Assembly (NCBI GenBank): GCA_048772705.1
Contig: JBLWGC010000160.1
Coordinates: 1 to 64,000 of the forward strand
Origin: Leidyana gryllorum EB-2025a
Taxonomy: Eukaryota > Protista > Apicomplexa
Reading direction: 5' to 3'
DNA: 64,000 nt
The position numbers and the translations under genes are program-made. The notes under the pieces were generated by a model. The model saw only the letters and a list, made by a program, of their open reading frames with translations. It was not told the origin of the DNA and made no database searches. Of this stretch, positions 24,809 to 36,997 are shown in pieces. Every line of letters starts with the position of its first letter. Within the stretch, counting starts at the first letter, position 1.

Positions 24809-27800
24809 TCACACCAAAAACCGACGAATGCAGAAAAAACTCACACTGGCGCTGGTGGCACCCGCCCCGAAGGCCACCAACATCAGCCCAAAATTATCGT
24901 TCACTCTCCCGATAATGGGCTCGGTGGAAGATCTGAGTGTAGAAAATGAAGATTGAGTATCTGGAAGGGGCGAAGTCAAGTCTTCGGTCTCCTGATCCCT
25001 GACATCTTCTGTCTCATACGCACGTCCCCTCTCTTTCAGCGTCCTGCGGGTGCCGCGTAGTTGATCGGCGGAGCGCATCAGAGGAAATAGTGAGCGGAAA
25101 AGAGCCATCTCAGGTCCATCCGTCTCCTTGGACTCTGCGACATCCTCCAGCGCAGCACTCAATCTCTGCTCAACGAGGTCTGCTGCATCATTTCCCAGGG
25201 CAGTGGCAATCAGGAATCCAGCGTCTTCGTTCAGCGCCTTCCTGAGGGAGACCGCCGCCAGACGGTCCCCCACTGCCAGCTCTACTCCCCCGATCTCCTC
25301 TTTTTGTTCCACCAACTGACTGGTTCGAAGGTCAGCCTCTGTAATCTCTCGATCCGAGTCCGAACGCCCGCTGTCCTCCACCGTGGGGCCCGTTACATCT
25401 CCGGTGGAGTCGTTCTCGTTCCGATCCTTCTGCCCAGTCTCTTCCTCCACGATCAACTCCAAGCTCTGACCGAGGTACTCCTCCTCAGTTCCATTACTAT
25501 GCTTCAGCACAGTCTCTTCCTCCACACCCAAACCCGAATCTTGGGTGGTGTTGTTGTCACTTTCTGCATCCTTTGGCACAGCCCTTTCCTCCCCGGCTTC
25601 GTCCAACTGCTGGCCAACAAAGTCCATCACAACTGTGTCATCAGCCTCCGGCACAGTCCCTTCGTCCCCACTTTCATCCACTCTCTGGCCGGTGTAGTCC
25701 TCCTCGATTTCTTCGCCCTCCGGCACAGTCCTTTCCTCGACGCTCTCATCCAATTTTTGACCAGTACGGTACTCCTCATCTCCTTCATCAACCTCCGGAA
25801 CAGTCTCTCCCTCAAAACTCAAATCGAATATCCGGCCGGCAACGTCTTCAACTGTTTCCATAGCTGAGTGAGCAATGTTTTCAACGTCTGCGCTGTCCTC
25901 CATTGGATCATCCACCTCTTTGGCTATCACGTCCTCATCCTCCGATTCCGCTTCTCCACGATCCTCATAATCGTGACCTTCATAGTCATAAGCTTCATCG
26001 TCGTGGTCTTCATGGTTGTAGTCCCCGGCATCGTCCTCGTCGTGGGTACCGACGCTCCAGACCTCCGCATCGCCATCCATCACCTCCTCTTGCGCTTCGA
26101 AACCTGAGGGGTCGCTTGCGACGTCCGCTTCCAGTGCGGCAACTCTCGCTGCCTTGCAATCAGCCAGAATCTCCTGATCTGCCATGTCTGCTGCAACCTC
26201 TTGAGCGGTTCGAACAGTCACCACGAGGTCTTCTGCACGCAGTAACGCCTTGACGAAGAGGACCACCTCGAGCTTCCGGTCTTCACTGTAAGGCTCCGCG
26301 GAATCGCCCAAACGTTTAGCCCGTTTGCTCAGAAAACGATGTTTCAGGAAACCCGATACAATGGAGTAGAATTCCGACAGCTTCGCCAACTCGACTTCTC
26401 TCAGGCTCCTCAATGACCTTCCGCGAGTTCTAAGGAACACTTCCATCACCAGGTCGGTCCTCGCGGGTACACCGGGATATGCTTCCAGCCAATCATACAG
26501 CCAAGCCTCGCGGGGAGCCTGGCCGGGCTCAAGCACCCGTCCCCACGGCCCATCCTGAAACGGTTCTGCTACCTCGTCCTCGTCGCTATCCTGAGCAACG
26601 AAGCCAAGATTCATCAAGTCAAGTTCCTCAAAACCTGGCGACGGCCAAGGCCAGCGTAGCGCGGGTTCCTCGGGGAACGCGATTCGGGAGACTCGGACGC
26701 GATTACTCCCTCTAGGAGGCCGTGAAGGCGGTTCCTCAAATTTTGCTTCTCTCCCGGACTCGCTGTTGGCTCCATAACCGTTATTATCCTCATAATTGTG
26801 GATACCTCCAGACCAGTGGTCAGGTTTGGCTTCCCCGATATCTCCCTTTTCCGTTCGTAAGTCGACTGAGTTCTCTTTAGGACGCCCCAAATGCGGCTCG
26901 GTGTCCCGCATCTCCCCAAACCTCCCTCGGTTAACACGGTCGCGTAAACTTTCAGTTGATTCATCCTCGGCATCCTGATCATGCTGCTGGGCAAGTTGGA
27001 AGCTTTCTTCACTGGATACATCCCTCAGATGCCAGCTGTCCTCAGTTGTGGTAGTGGTAGTGGTCGTTGTTGCCGTCGTCGTTGTGGCTGTGGACGTTGT
27101 TGTCGTCGTTGTTGTTGTCGTCGTTGTTGTTGGTTCAGGAGTTGTTGATGAGGCGAGTTTAGGACGTCTATATTTGTGCAACTCGTACGGCGGTGGTATA
27201 TTCTTCTGCTCAGGGAATTCCATCTCAAGGAACTCTGTCAGTCGTAATTGAGCCCAGTGATTCTTCGGCAAAACGGCGCGAATTGGTTCGTCGAGTCCTA
27301 TCGCCCAACGCATACGCTCCATCAGTCGGTAAGCATTCTTATATACTTCCTTCGTGTCGTATCGGTAGTCAGAACCGTATCCGAACCAGGTAGGTTTCCA
27401 CACTCTGGCCCAATCACCTTCTGGATCGCGAGAAAAGTCAATCTGATATTCATTCACCCAGCCATTTGGAGGTACATCAAGTAATCCCTTGTATCCCAGC
27501 CTCTCCCACCACCACGGCTGAGCCGTAGATTGCCCCCAATAGTTCTTCTCCTTGTCGTAGAAGGGACCCATCGGCACCTGCTGGTCGTTTTGTATCACTC
27601 GGTACGCTTCCTCTGCGAAGAGGAACTTCTCGTTGTCCCACAGCTCGTCCCGCAACCATTTCTCGGGCGCATACCGCCCCAGACCTTCCAACGATAGTTT
27701 GGGCACACCAAGTGCTTCGGCGAAACGTTTATTGAAGATTTCAACAAACTCCTCACGTGGCGCACTGATCTCATCCACAGTCATGGGAAGCACGCCCGGA

Positions 27801-28246
27801 ATATACCGCAACTTAGCGTTGAAAGCCTCGAGAGCTCTCCCCCGCGGGGACAGAGCTTTCCTCGCTTTTACGGTGGTCGTAGTAGTGGTCGTCGAAGGCG
27901 CCTCCGTGGGATTCAGCTTCTCCAGGTTAGGTCCGTATTTCTTGTACATCATTGCTTCGAACTCGGCTTGTGGGAGTTTAGCCTCATCCACAGTCAACGG
28001 AACAAACCCGGGGACGTTCCGAAACCGCTCGTTCCACTGCTCAGCAACAGAAGCGGAGGACGAAGACGCGCCATCACCATGCTGAGGTGGGGTCGTCGTA
28101 GTGGTCGTGGTGGTGGGCGAGAGGACCCAGGACAAAGCGCGGTTCCATACCCCGCGTATGAGGCCTCCACGGAAGTCCACTGCCGCTGCCACCTGGCTGT
28201 AGGAAAGAAGGACAGCACAGATATATATGTAAATGTTGAAATTCAT
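24809..28246 (-). CDS. Secreted/surface mucin-like protein (signal peptide, poly-Thr tracts, acidic repeats, hydrophobic C-terminus)
   Basis: 1145-aa ORF; MNFNIYIYICAVLLSYSQVAAA signal; three Thr tracts; C-term FGLMLVAFGAGATSASVSFFCIRR. Confidence 0.8.
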   Translation of the reverse strand: MNFNIYIYICAVLLSYSQVAAAVDFRGGLIRGVWNRALSWVLSPTTTTTTTTPPQHGDGASSSSASVAEQWNERFRNVPGFVPLTVDEAKLPQAEFEAMMYKKYGPNLEKLNPTEAPSTTTTTTTVKARKALSPRGRALEAFNAKLRYIPGVLPMTVDEISAPREEFVEIFNKRFAEALGVPKLSLEGLGRYAPEKWLRDELWDNEKFLFAEEAYRVIQNDQQVPMGPFYDKEKNYWGQSTAQPWWWERLGYKGLLDVPPNGWVNEYQIDFSRDPEGDWARVWKPTWFGYGSDYRYDTKEVYKNAYRLMERMRWAIGLDEPIRAVLPKNHWAQLRLTEFLEMEFPEQKNIPPPYELHKYRRPKLASSTTPEPTTTTTTTTTTTTSTATTTTATTTTTTTTTEDSWHLRDVSSEESFQLAQQHDQDAEDESTESLRDRVNRGRFGEMRDTEPHLGRPKENSVDLRTEKGDIGEAKPDHWSGGIHNYEDNNGYGANSESGREAKFEEPPSRPPRGSNRVRVSRIAFPEEPALRWPWPSPGFEELDLMNLGFVAQDSDEDEVAEPFQDGPWGRVLEPGQAPREAWLYDWLEAYPGVPARTDLVMEVFLRTRGRSLRSLREVELAKLSEFYSIVSGFLKHRFLSKRAKRLGDSAEPYSEDRKLEVVLFVKALLRAEDLVVTVRTAQEVAADMADQEILADCKAARVAALEADVASDPSGFEAQEEVMDGDAEVWSVGTHDEDDAGDYNHEDHDDEAYDYEGHDYEDRGEAESEDEDVIAKEVDDPMEDSADVENIAHSAMETVEDVAGRIFDLSFEGETVPEVDEGDEEYRTGQKLDESVEERTVPEGEEIEEDYTGQRVDESGDEGTVPEADDTVVMDFVGQQLDEAGEERAVPKDAESDNNTTQDSGLGVEEETVLKHSNGTEEEYLGQSLELIVEEETGQKDRNENDSTGDVTGPTVEDSGRSDSDREITEADLRTSQLVEQKEEIGGVELAVGDRLAAVSLRKALNEDAGFLIATALGNDAADLVEQRLSAALEDVAESKETDGPEMALFRSLFPLMRSADQLRGTRRTLKERGRAYETEDVRDQETEDLTSPLPDTQSSFSTLRSSTEPIIGRVNDNFGLMLVAFGAGATSASVSFFCIRRFLV

Positions 28247-28697
28247 TGCCCTTGTTCGTCTTCTGCGTTGTCTTTAGCTGGACTCAGTGTCCGTCCGCTC
28301 GTATCCTGACATGGACGCCATCACGAAAACTCCCTCCACAAATCGCGAGTTGCAACTTATCGCGGAATCACGGGCAGCTAGGCAACTTGCGGCTGAGGCT
28401 TGAAGCCTCCTGGGGCTCCCAATTAGGCAAAGCATGCACATCAGCGTTCATTGTTCATAACGCGTACCACCTGACGCGCACTAAAATCAGGATAACATAG
28501 AGTCCTCCGCACACGCGTGTGCTGGTCGCAGTATGCAGTATCACATGTCTTTATAGCACCAAGACCGTTTAACGGAGGGGTGCAGCACCACATGATGGAC
28601 TTATGAGTCTGAAGTAGAGGCACCGAAGCCACGCGGCTATCAAATTTTCGCGTCAAAGGTGAGTGGGAATTGGATTCTCAGTGATGGTTTCTTAGCT

Positions 28698-31459
28698 ATG
28701 CGCAGTGAGATCCCGCCCAGCGAGGGTCGCCGCCGTTCGGGGTCCGTTGGCGGATCCCAACGACAGCCCCCTCCGCCTCCACCGCCCGGTATCAATGTAG
28801 CCCCACAAGGAACAGCCCCCGTCTTCGAGCGTTTCCACACCTTCAAGGAATTCATGGCCCTTCAAAAGGATACCTTGGAACCAGAGAGAGCGGTGGAATT
28901 ATACACCCAATACCAGTTCGACTTCAAAGTACACACGTCGCGAGTTCAATTCGCTCAGCATCAGGTAAAAGAATGTTCCACCGCCCAATCGTGAGGCACC
29001 GGGTGTAGTATGTGTCAGCCGCGTGCGTGTGAGGCGTGACTGTGCCCACGAACCGGAGGCACTTTTGATTATCACATCTCTCTTTCAGGATTTGGGGTTT
29101 GTGAAGGAACGCTTCCACCCGGATTTGATAGGAGACATCGCTGAGCAAAAGCGGGCCGAAGCCCGAAGAGCGGCTGTTGAGCTGTTGGAGGGCACTCGTG
29201 CGGGGCTCTTTAGTAATATCAATTTGGAGATTGCTATCAATGATCCGTCGTCCCTAAATCTTTTGATCAACAAGGACGCGAATGCATTCGGCCGCGTAGT
29301 CGGCGCCATTGAGAATTTGGACGCTATAAAGTCTGGTAAGAATGTTTCGAATCGATGTCTATGGTGGAGGGGACGCTAGAATGTGTGGCCTCCGCCTATA
29401 GCTGTAGCTGTGCGTTCCGCTGATAACGATTGTGCGGTGCAGAACGGTTCAGTGGCCTGCTTGCTGACGAGCCATTCTTTGCAAGGAATCTTAACGAGGG
29501 AGGTCGCACATTGGTGCTGAAGAAGTTACCCGCGGAGGTTCACAGACGGCACATTCTGGGAGCGTGTCATGTAAGTTCGGGATAGGCAGTGCCATCAATC
29601 GCTATTGCAGGACATTGCTGGTATCCAATCTGTCAGTTTAGTGCCGACCTGTCTTCTGGCGGATAACCAAGCTCGTCTGCTGTTACCGCAAACTAAGGGT
29701 ACTCCTCTCACCGAGCAAGAAACTGCTCAAGTGGAGCAGGCTGTCTTCGAGTGCTATGCGCGGAGTCGGAATGGCGGCGCTCTGCTCCCCCTTCAAACCT
29801 GTTGGATTGAGTTTGACACAAAAGAGCATTGTGAAGCAGCGGAAATCGCGCTCGAACGTCGTCCAATTAGTGACCTGTGCACCTGTCACCCGTTCAAAGT
29901 CCAAGCGAACCCGCACCAGATGAAACGCATTCGCGTATGTGCGATAGAAAATGAAGCCCGAAAAGAACAAGACGCCAAGACGTTACCTGCATTAATCCTC
30001 AAATTGGGTGAGAAAAGGTCTCATTTGCCCTCCGGACCGTTGATGTGCAGATCGCGAATTCCGTGTCTTCGAGAGCTGGCCTCCAGTGAAGCCTGAGCAA
30101 CAGGCTGGTGATGAGAGTATGGCAGAAGGGGAAACCGGAGCCGTCACTTTGCCCGCGTCTGAGACCAAAGAGGATACATCGGAGCAGTCGGCCCCCAAGG
30201 AAGACTCCTCTATGGCGGAGAAGAAAGAGGAAACAGAGTCGTCATCCCCCAATGGCGTGGCACCCACTGGTGAAAATGGTGAAGAGGCCTCCACGTTGGA
30301 TTGGACTCAAGTGGGGACTACAAAGGAAGTTGCTGCCCTCCATCCGTTCCTCAGTCTGCTGTAAGTTGTGGTACTGCTCCTCCTCCGATATCATCTCGCG
30401 TCTTCCAGCATCGACCTCCCTAGACAAAAGAAGATTGATCTGATGATTCTGTATCTTCGCCGTGTCCATGCTATGGACTACTACAGTGGAAAGGTATGGA
30501 GGCAATTTCTTGTTGCTCACACAAACACTGCATTATGGGTCACAGATCTGCTGGACGGCTCGCGAGCTATTTGAGACCTGCGGATCCTTGAGTGTCCGGC
30601 TCAATGTGGGTGCCAGCGACGATTTGATGGTTGTGGATGAAGCACAATTACCCTACGTACTACAACCAGCTGACTCCGCAGCTTTTGACCGTCGGATTCA
30701 ATCCATCTTGCTGATGGCCTTCACTCACTGGATGATGCCGGTAAGGAATACAGCGCGTGGCAATATATGTATCTACACGCAGATTGGGGAAGAACATCCG
30801 ATATTCGTCGACTTGTGGGCACGACATTGTAAAGATGTAAGTACCAACTGTTGGTTCGGGCTAAGCGGTATAACTCACTCACAGAAAACAATCCTAGTCG
30901 ATGCCGAAAAGTATCGGTGCGGTATATGTCGGAAGCTGTTCAAAGGGGCTGAATTTGTCCACAAGCATCTCAAGAACAAACATGCCAACGAGATTGACCC
31001 GGTTAAACATGGCGTAAGTCTTCCTAACTCTTCCCACTGGTCACTGGCGATTCCGTGATTCAATAGGTGCGCTCCCTCATGATGAAGTCCGCATTCGACG
31101 CAGATGACGCGAAGCTGCTCTTGTTTGTTGTGCAAGGACCCGATGGTCGTCCTCCATTCATCGCAACGCGTCCCCCAGTTGGTAAGTGACAAGACAACAG
31201 GGACCGGACTACTCTTTTATGATCTTCAGGCCGCAATTCGGGCGCGAGCGCGGGACCTGGACGCGACAGCGGTGGGGACTCTCTCAACCACTACGGACCA
31301 TCGCGGCGGCAACGCGGAGGAGCTCGAGGAGGTCCCATGGGCCCTCTCGGCTCCGATAACCCGCGGCCGTACAGAGATTGGGACGCTCCCCGATCTCGGT
31401 TGCAAGAGAGAGCACCACATGGGGCGTACAGAAACATGATGAAGTATGACGATATCTGA
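28698..31459 (+). CDS. SRRT: SERRATE/ARS2 (SRRT) RNA-processing factor, multi-exon
   Basis: TFKEFM..YTQYQFDF..VKERFHP; IDLMILYLRRVHAMDYYSG; KYRCGICRKLFKGAEFVHKHLKNKH zinc finger; C-terminal YRDWDAP. Confidence 0.9.
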
Positions 31460-31538
31460 TCAGTTGATGGACTTCCCACGAGAGGTGCTCATCGTCCTGG
31501 GCGACTCTTGTTGAGTCCTTCGAGATACCTTGAGACGT

Positions 31539-32959
31539 TTACCCTCTGCCGAACTTTTTTCCGCCCTTCACTATTCTCCTCCTCCGAAGAGTCTCGTCGT
31601 CTATGTACTACTCACCTGACTCTCACACACACACGTTTGAGTGACGACTGCTCACCTGACAAATTCGTTTCTGGAGCAGTAGGCATAAACGAAATACTTT
31701 GTGGAACAGGCGGCTCTGTAAAGAATGGGTGTTTCAGTGCCTCTGTCGCGGTTAGGCGCTGACTCGAGTTCCAACACAATAGGCCTTTTAACAAATCCAA
31801 GCCATTCTCAGTCACCCATCCACTGACCTGATAGATCAGATACCAGTCGTATTCCAAAGCGTTGAGCACTTACAAAGGTCCGGACAGCCACCGGAAATAT
31901 CCCTCTCCACGTCGCAGGCCACTTGCGGAGGGATATGTTAGGATACTTGGCAAGAAGAGGCCACTCTTTCACAGTTGGAGTGCCGGTCAGCTGACATATC
32001 AGATCCAGCGCTTCCGCTTCACTCTGCGCGGGGAAGAGGGGCGATCCAGTCAGGATCTCGCCGAATATGCAACCAACAGCCCAAACATCAACCGGGGGGC
32101 CGTAACATTTCTCGCCCACTACACATTCGGGGGCGCGATACCATAGGGTGGCGATCTGTAGTGTGGTGTCTCCGGATGAAAAACGTGTGTGTTACCTTCG
32201 CAGTGTGTTGATCTGAGATGAGTTTCTTGGCCAAACCGAAGTCACAAATCTTCACGAGGCCATCATTCGCATACAGCAGATTGGCGGTTTTCAGGTCACG
32301 ATGGACATAGCCTTCTTTATGCATATACTCAACTCCTTTCAGAATTTCAACCATCAGCCTTTTCTTCTCTGATAGGGAGAAGTCGGGCCGTTTATTGACC
32401 AGCAGCACTTTCAACTCGTGCTCCACATACTCCATAACCTGTTGGTGGCCCGTGATGAGAATGAAATAGTTTAGTCTTACCATATACACTCGTTTCTGGC
32501 TGTCGACACAAATCTCGAGGACCCGTATGACGTTAGGGTGTTGAAGTTCTAGTAGACTCGATATCTCACGCATTGCAGCAATGGGGAACCCCTCGGGCTT
32601 AAGTATCTCAGGTATTTTAATACCCTTAAGTGCCTGAGATGCCAATGTTTACCGAGAGGAGTGGGGGAGTGTGATCGTACCACAATACGTCCACTGTGTT
32701 TACACCGCCCGCGGAACACATAGCCGAAGGAGCCTTCACTAATCTTATTGAGTTTCTCATAGTGCTCATCAAGCTCGCGGCAGCCATTGAATAGTGAAGT
32801 CATACGCATATTCTCTACTTCTTGGGTTTGTGGGTCATTTCGGTATACAGTAGAGTCGTCATCATCAGCTGTGGGTGACAACGGCCTCGATTTGACGTCC
32901 TTCCGTCTTCGTTTGCTTGCCCGTTCTTCTTCATCATCACTTTCCCATCTGTTGCACAT
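31539..32959 (-). CDS. CDK11/CDK10-like cyclin-dependent kinase, multi-exon
   Basis: GCREL..YEKLNKISEGSFGYVF; EGFPIAAMREI (PITSLRE-like); VMEYVEHEL; HRDLKTANLL; DFGLA; TLWYRAPE; HPFFTEPP..FMPT. Termini are approximate. Confidence 0.9.
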
Positions 32960-33273
32960 TTCAATTTTTATCTGTCTGGACATCCACTTGATGCATTGTG
33001 CCGTGATCCACGAGTAGTTCGGAGTGATACTCAGGTTCACATTGGGTGCATATGTATGGTGGTTCAGTTGTGTACGGCATGGATCACATTTGCGCTAAAT
33101 TATGTTTGACGGTCGTGTATGTGTGCTTATATATTGTTCGAGGGTGATAAGTGCTAAATCTGTACCCTGCAATCTGAGGCACTCTCATCTACGTCAGATT
33201 TCTCACTGTGATTGAATGGAGGTGGTATCCGGTGCTGTCAAGTTGAAGACTTGGCCCAAAAATTGTGGCAAAA

Positions 33274-35837
33274 ATGGCCCTGAGTCTGACTGAGTTGTTG
33301 GGGGGTCTGGGTCACGTAGGAAGGTCCGGAGGATACTGGGAGGCCGTTTCTGATGAGAAGCTCCAGGCGTTGGAGCGGTTACCGCGCTCGTATAAGCTTT
33401 GGATGGAGTTATTTGATGATTTAGAATTGTGGGCCGGGAATAGCGGAGTACCACCAAACTCTGAAGAATTGCTCCGTGTGGAGAAGGTGTATGTTCGAGC
33501 CATTGCCGAGTTACCGAAAATCCCGAAAGTGCGGTTGCGATATGCCAACTTCCTTTGGAAACATCGCAAACAGGTCACGGCTACTCGGCGAGCGTATGAC
33601 GATGCGTTGCGGGCGATTCCTCTGACACAACACGAACTGGTTTGGAAGCCATATATGGAGTTCGTGGCGGCGGTTGATATACCTCCAATGACGGTTTCGG
33701 TGCTCAGACGTTATATACAGATAGAGCCAGCGTACACCGAAGCTCTGATCGGCTATCTCATGTCAGTCAATCGGAATGATGAGGCTGTGGACCTGTTGTG
33801 TCGAATTTGTTCGGATGACGCTTTCGAGAGTTTGGAGGGCAAGAGTCGTCAGGATTTGTGGATTGAGCTCTGTACTTTCATTGCAAAGCACGCGCGTGAT
33901 ATCCGCAGCGTTGATGGGGCCAAAATAATTCGATCCGCACTTCGTCGATATGTTGACTCAGTTGCCACCCTTTGGTGTTGTCTGGCCACTTACCACGCAG
34001 TATTGGAGGGATTCGATCTGGCAGTGAACATATACGAGGAGGCGTTGGTCAGTGTGCATTCGGTCGAAGACTTCACCGTTGTCTACGACGCTTACACTCA
34101 ATACCTGGACTCTGCGGTGCAGACGCAGGTCGAAAGACTTGAGACAGAAGAGTGAGTTTCATTGTTTGCCGGTTGTGTGTGCCGACTGTGATATTGCTGG
34201 TCGCTATTGTTCACTGCTGATACTCATTTCCCGCTGTTCAGACTGACTGAGAAGACTCGCGACTCGATCCAAAAGGAGATAGACTTCCGGATGGGACTGT
34301 TGAGTGAGCTGATAGACCGCCGAGGGGAGATGTTGTCCGCGGTGCGTATTCGTCGGAGTCCCAATAACGTGTACGAATGGCTGAGCCGAGTTCAATTATT
34401 CTGCCGGCCAAAGGCATCTCAAGTGAAAGATGGAGCCAAGGACGGAGACGTGCAGCTGGGTCAAGACGAACACATCACGGCCAAGGTGTACGATCGGAGT
34501 CGTATAGATGATCCGGCGAAAGTCATCGAAACCTTCGGCGAAGCAGTAGTTACTATTGACCCGTTCAAAGCCAACGGCTCGATATCATTGATATGGATAG
34601 AGTTTGCCAAGTTTTATGAGTTGTTCGGTGACACGGCAAACGCGCGGAAGGTATTGGAGAAAGGATGCGAAGCTGAACACAAGACTCTCGACTCTTTAGC
34701 TAGTGTATGGTGCGAGCGAATCGAGCTGGAACTTCGCCATGATGAGTACCAGAAAGCTTTGGCACTCGCACGAGCGGCCGTTCAAAAGCCTACCAAAGCT
34801 CAACAGAAGGAGTTTGAGGCAATGGATGAGGAAGATTTCCTCAGGGGGTTGCGCGATGAGCAGCGGCCCCAAGGGCGGTTATATAAATCTGTCAAATTAT
34901 GGTCCTTATGTGCCGACTTGGAGGAGAACTTTGGCACATTCGATAGCCTCAAAGCCGCTTATGATGCCATGTTCGACACGCGGACCATAACTGTCCAACA
35001 GATTCTGATATACGCCGAGCTTCTGGAGAAAAAGAAATACTTTGAGGACGCATTCCGAGTATACGAGCGCGGCTTACACAACTTCAGATGGCCCCACGCA
35101 CTCGATATTTGGCTCGTCTATCTCAGCAAGTTTGTATCGCGGTATGGCCACCGGAAACTCGACCGTGCCCGTGAGCTCTTTGAAGAGGTAAGCAACACTC
35201 CTGGCGACCCGCTCCCCTTCTATATCCGTCTCCAGGCCGTCTCGGAAGTCCCAAAGGCTTTTGCGTTCAAAATGTTCTTCATGTACGCCAAGTTTGAAGA
35301 GCAATTTGGACTCATCCGCAACGCTCTGGCGGTCTATCACAGAGCCACCAAGCGAGTGCCCGATGAAGACAAAATCAAAGTATACGAAATCCTCATTGCT
35401 GCCGTAAGTGTTGCAACTCTCACTGACCCCACTCCTTTTCTCAGACGGCGGAATACTTTGGTATTGTCAAAACCCGACCGCTATACGAGGACGCCATAAA
35501 GAATGTCATGGACTCCGATGTGCTTGCGATCGGCCTCAAGTATGCTGAAATGGAGGCCAGTCTGATGGAGGTCGATCGGGCGCGGGCCATTTTCGAGCAC
35601 ATCAGTCAGTTCGCCGATCCCGTCTCGGCCAAAGGCTTCTGGAGCGCTTGGAGAGCATTCGAAGTTGCCAACGGTGACGAGGAGACATTCAGAGAAATGC
35701 TCCGAAAACGCCGAGCCGTCGCCTCGCAGTTCGAGGAAGCCAAGAGTCTGCACTTTGATGACGAGCTTTTGAAAGAGTTACGCGAGAGAACGGGAGCCGA
35801 AGCTCCGGCTGATAACGAGGGCGGCGAGGATAAATGA
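33274..35837 (+). CDS. SYF1: Pre-mRNA splicing factor SYF1/XAB2 (HAT repeats)
   Basis: ALERLPRSYKLW; TATRRAYDDALRAIPLTQHELVW; LYKSVKLWSLCADLEE; YFEDAFRVYERG; KLDRARELFE; EVDRARAI; FEVANGDEETFREMLRKRRAV. Confidence 0.95.
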
Positions 35838-36052
35838 GACGGAGGGGGTACGATAGAATCTGCTCAAAATAGATCGATCGAGCGATCATTCATCCGGTTT
35901 CGCAGGAAAGTCAGATTAATTGCCGACAAACTATAGATTGAGCCACTGCCCACTTGTGTTACACACTACCCCAGGCGTCTCCTCGTCTGACCCCCCGCAC
36001 CGTGTGAAATCGTACTACCCATACCTTATTTTGTCATTCCTTTTTGTCTCAA

Positions 36053-36862
36053 ATGCGGGGTCGTACGCTCCCGAGCCAACAACAGCTGAAGATCTCTGAA
36101 GAGGCCAAAAGGGACATTAATAACGTCTTCAGAGTCTTCGACCCTCAAAATGAGGGATTCATATCACTGCAAGAAGTGTTACTGGCGTTGCAAGCTCTCG
36201 AGCTCACTCATACCCCTCAGGAGGTGCGAAATACCATTACCCCAATGAACAAGCATACTGCTACAGATGCAAAATCTCGCGGCTTTGTCGGAGCGAGGAC
36301 TGGGAAGACCTGGTATGGTTCGATTGCAGGAGTTTTACAACTTCGCCGCGCAGAAGATTGTAAGCTACCCAGATCAATGCTCCTCTCCTAGTGCCTCTGA
36401 CGCCTCTTTGACCTCCACCGACCGCATCTGTCCGTTAGGCAAAGCGGAAACCTGAGGATGAATACCGAAAAGCTTTCAAATTGTTTGATGTCCGAGAACA
36501 AGGATACATAAGTTTCGAAGTGAGCCACACACGTGTGTGCTGCCGTGTCCTAAATTCTTCCAACCCGCAAACCAGGACCTGCAACGGCGCGCCCAGGAGG
36601 TGGGTGAACTGTTGACAGATGATGAAGTGCATGAGGTGAGCGATTTGTCCCGTTTTCCACCCACGTCGCCCGCGCGGTGTCCACACACTCGTCGTCTATG
36701 GATTACCTGGGAGCACACGACCTCCTACTCTGCATTGTGCTGATATCGCACATTCCGCAGATGATGGAAGAAGCTGACATGAATGGAGATGGCTTCGTAA
36801 CAGAAGACGACTTTGTGATGCTGCTCAAGAAGACGGAGCGGTTCATGGCTTCTTTGAGATGA
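36053..36862 (+). CDS. Centrin-like EF-hand protein, 4 introns
   Basis: FRVFDPQNEGFISLQE; YRKAFKLFDVREQGYISFEDL..AQEVGELLTDDEVHEMMEEADMNGDGFVTEDDF..LLKKT. Confidence 0.85.
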
Positions 36863-36997
36863 ATGAGAGGGGCGATCGTCCGATGAGCCGGATCACTCGA
36901 TTGTGATCACACGATCATGGCGAGCTCCCAACTGTACAAAAAGAAGAAATACCCACATTGAAGAATAAAGGATGAAAGAGCATATATGGATCCGAAA

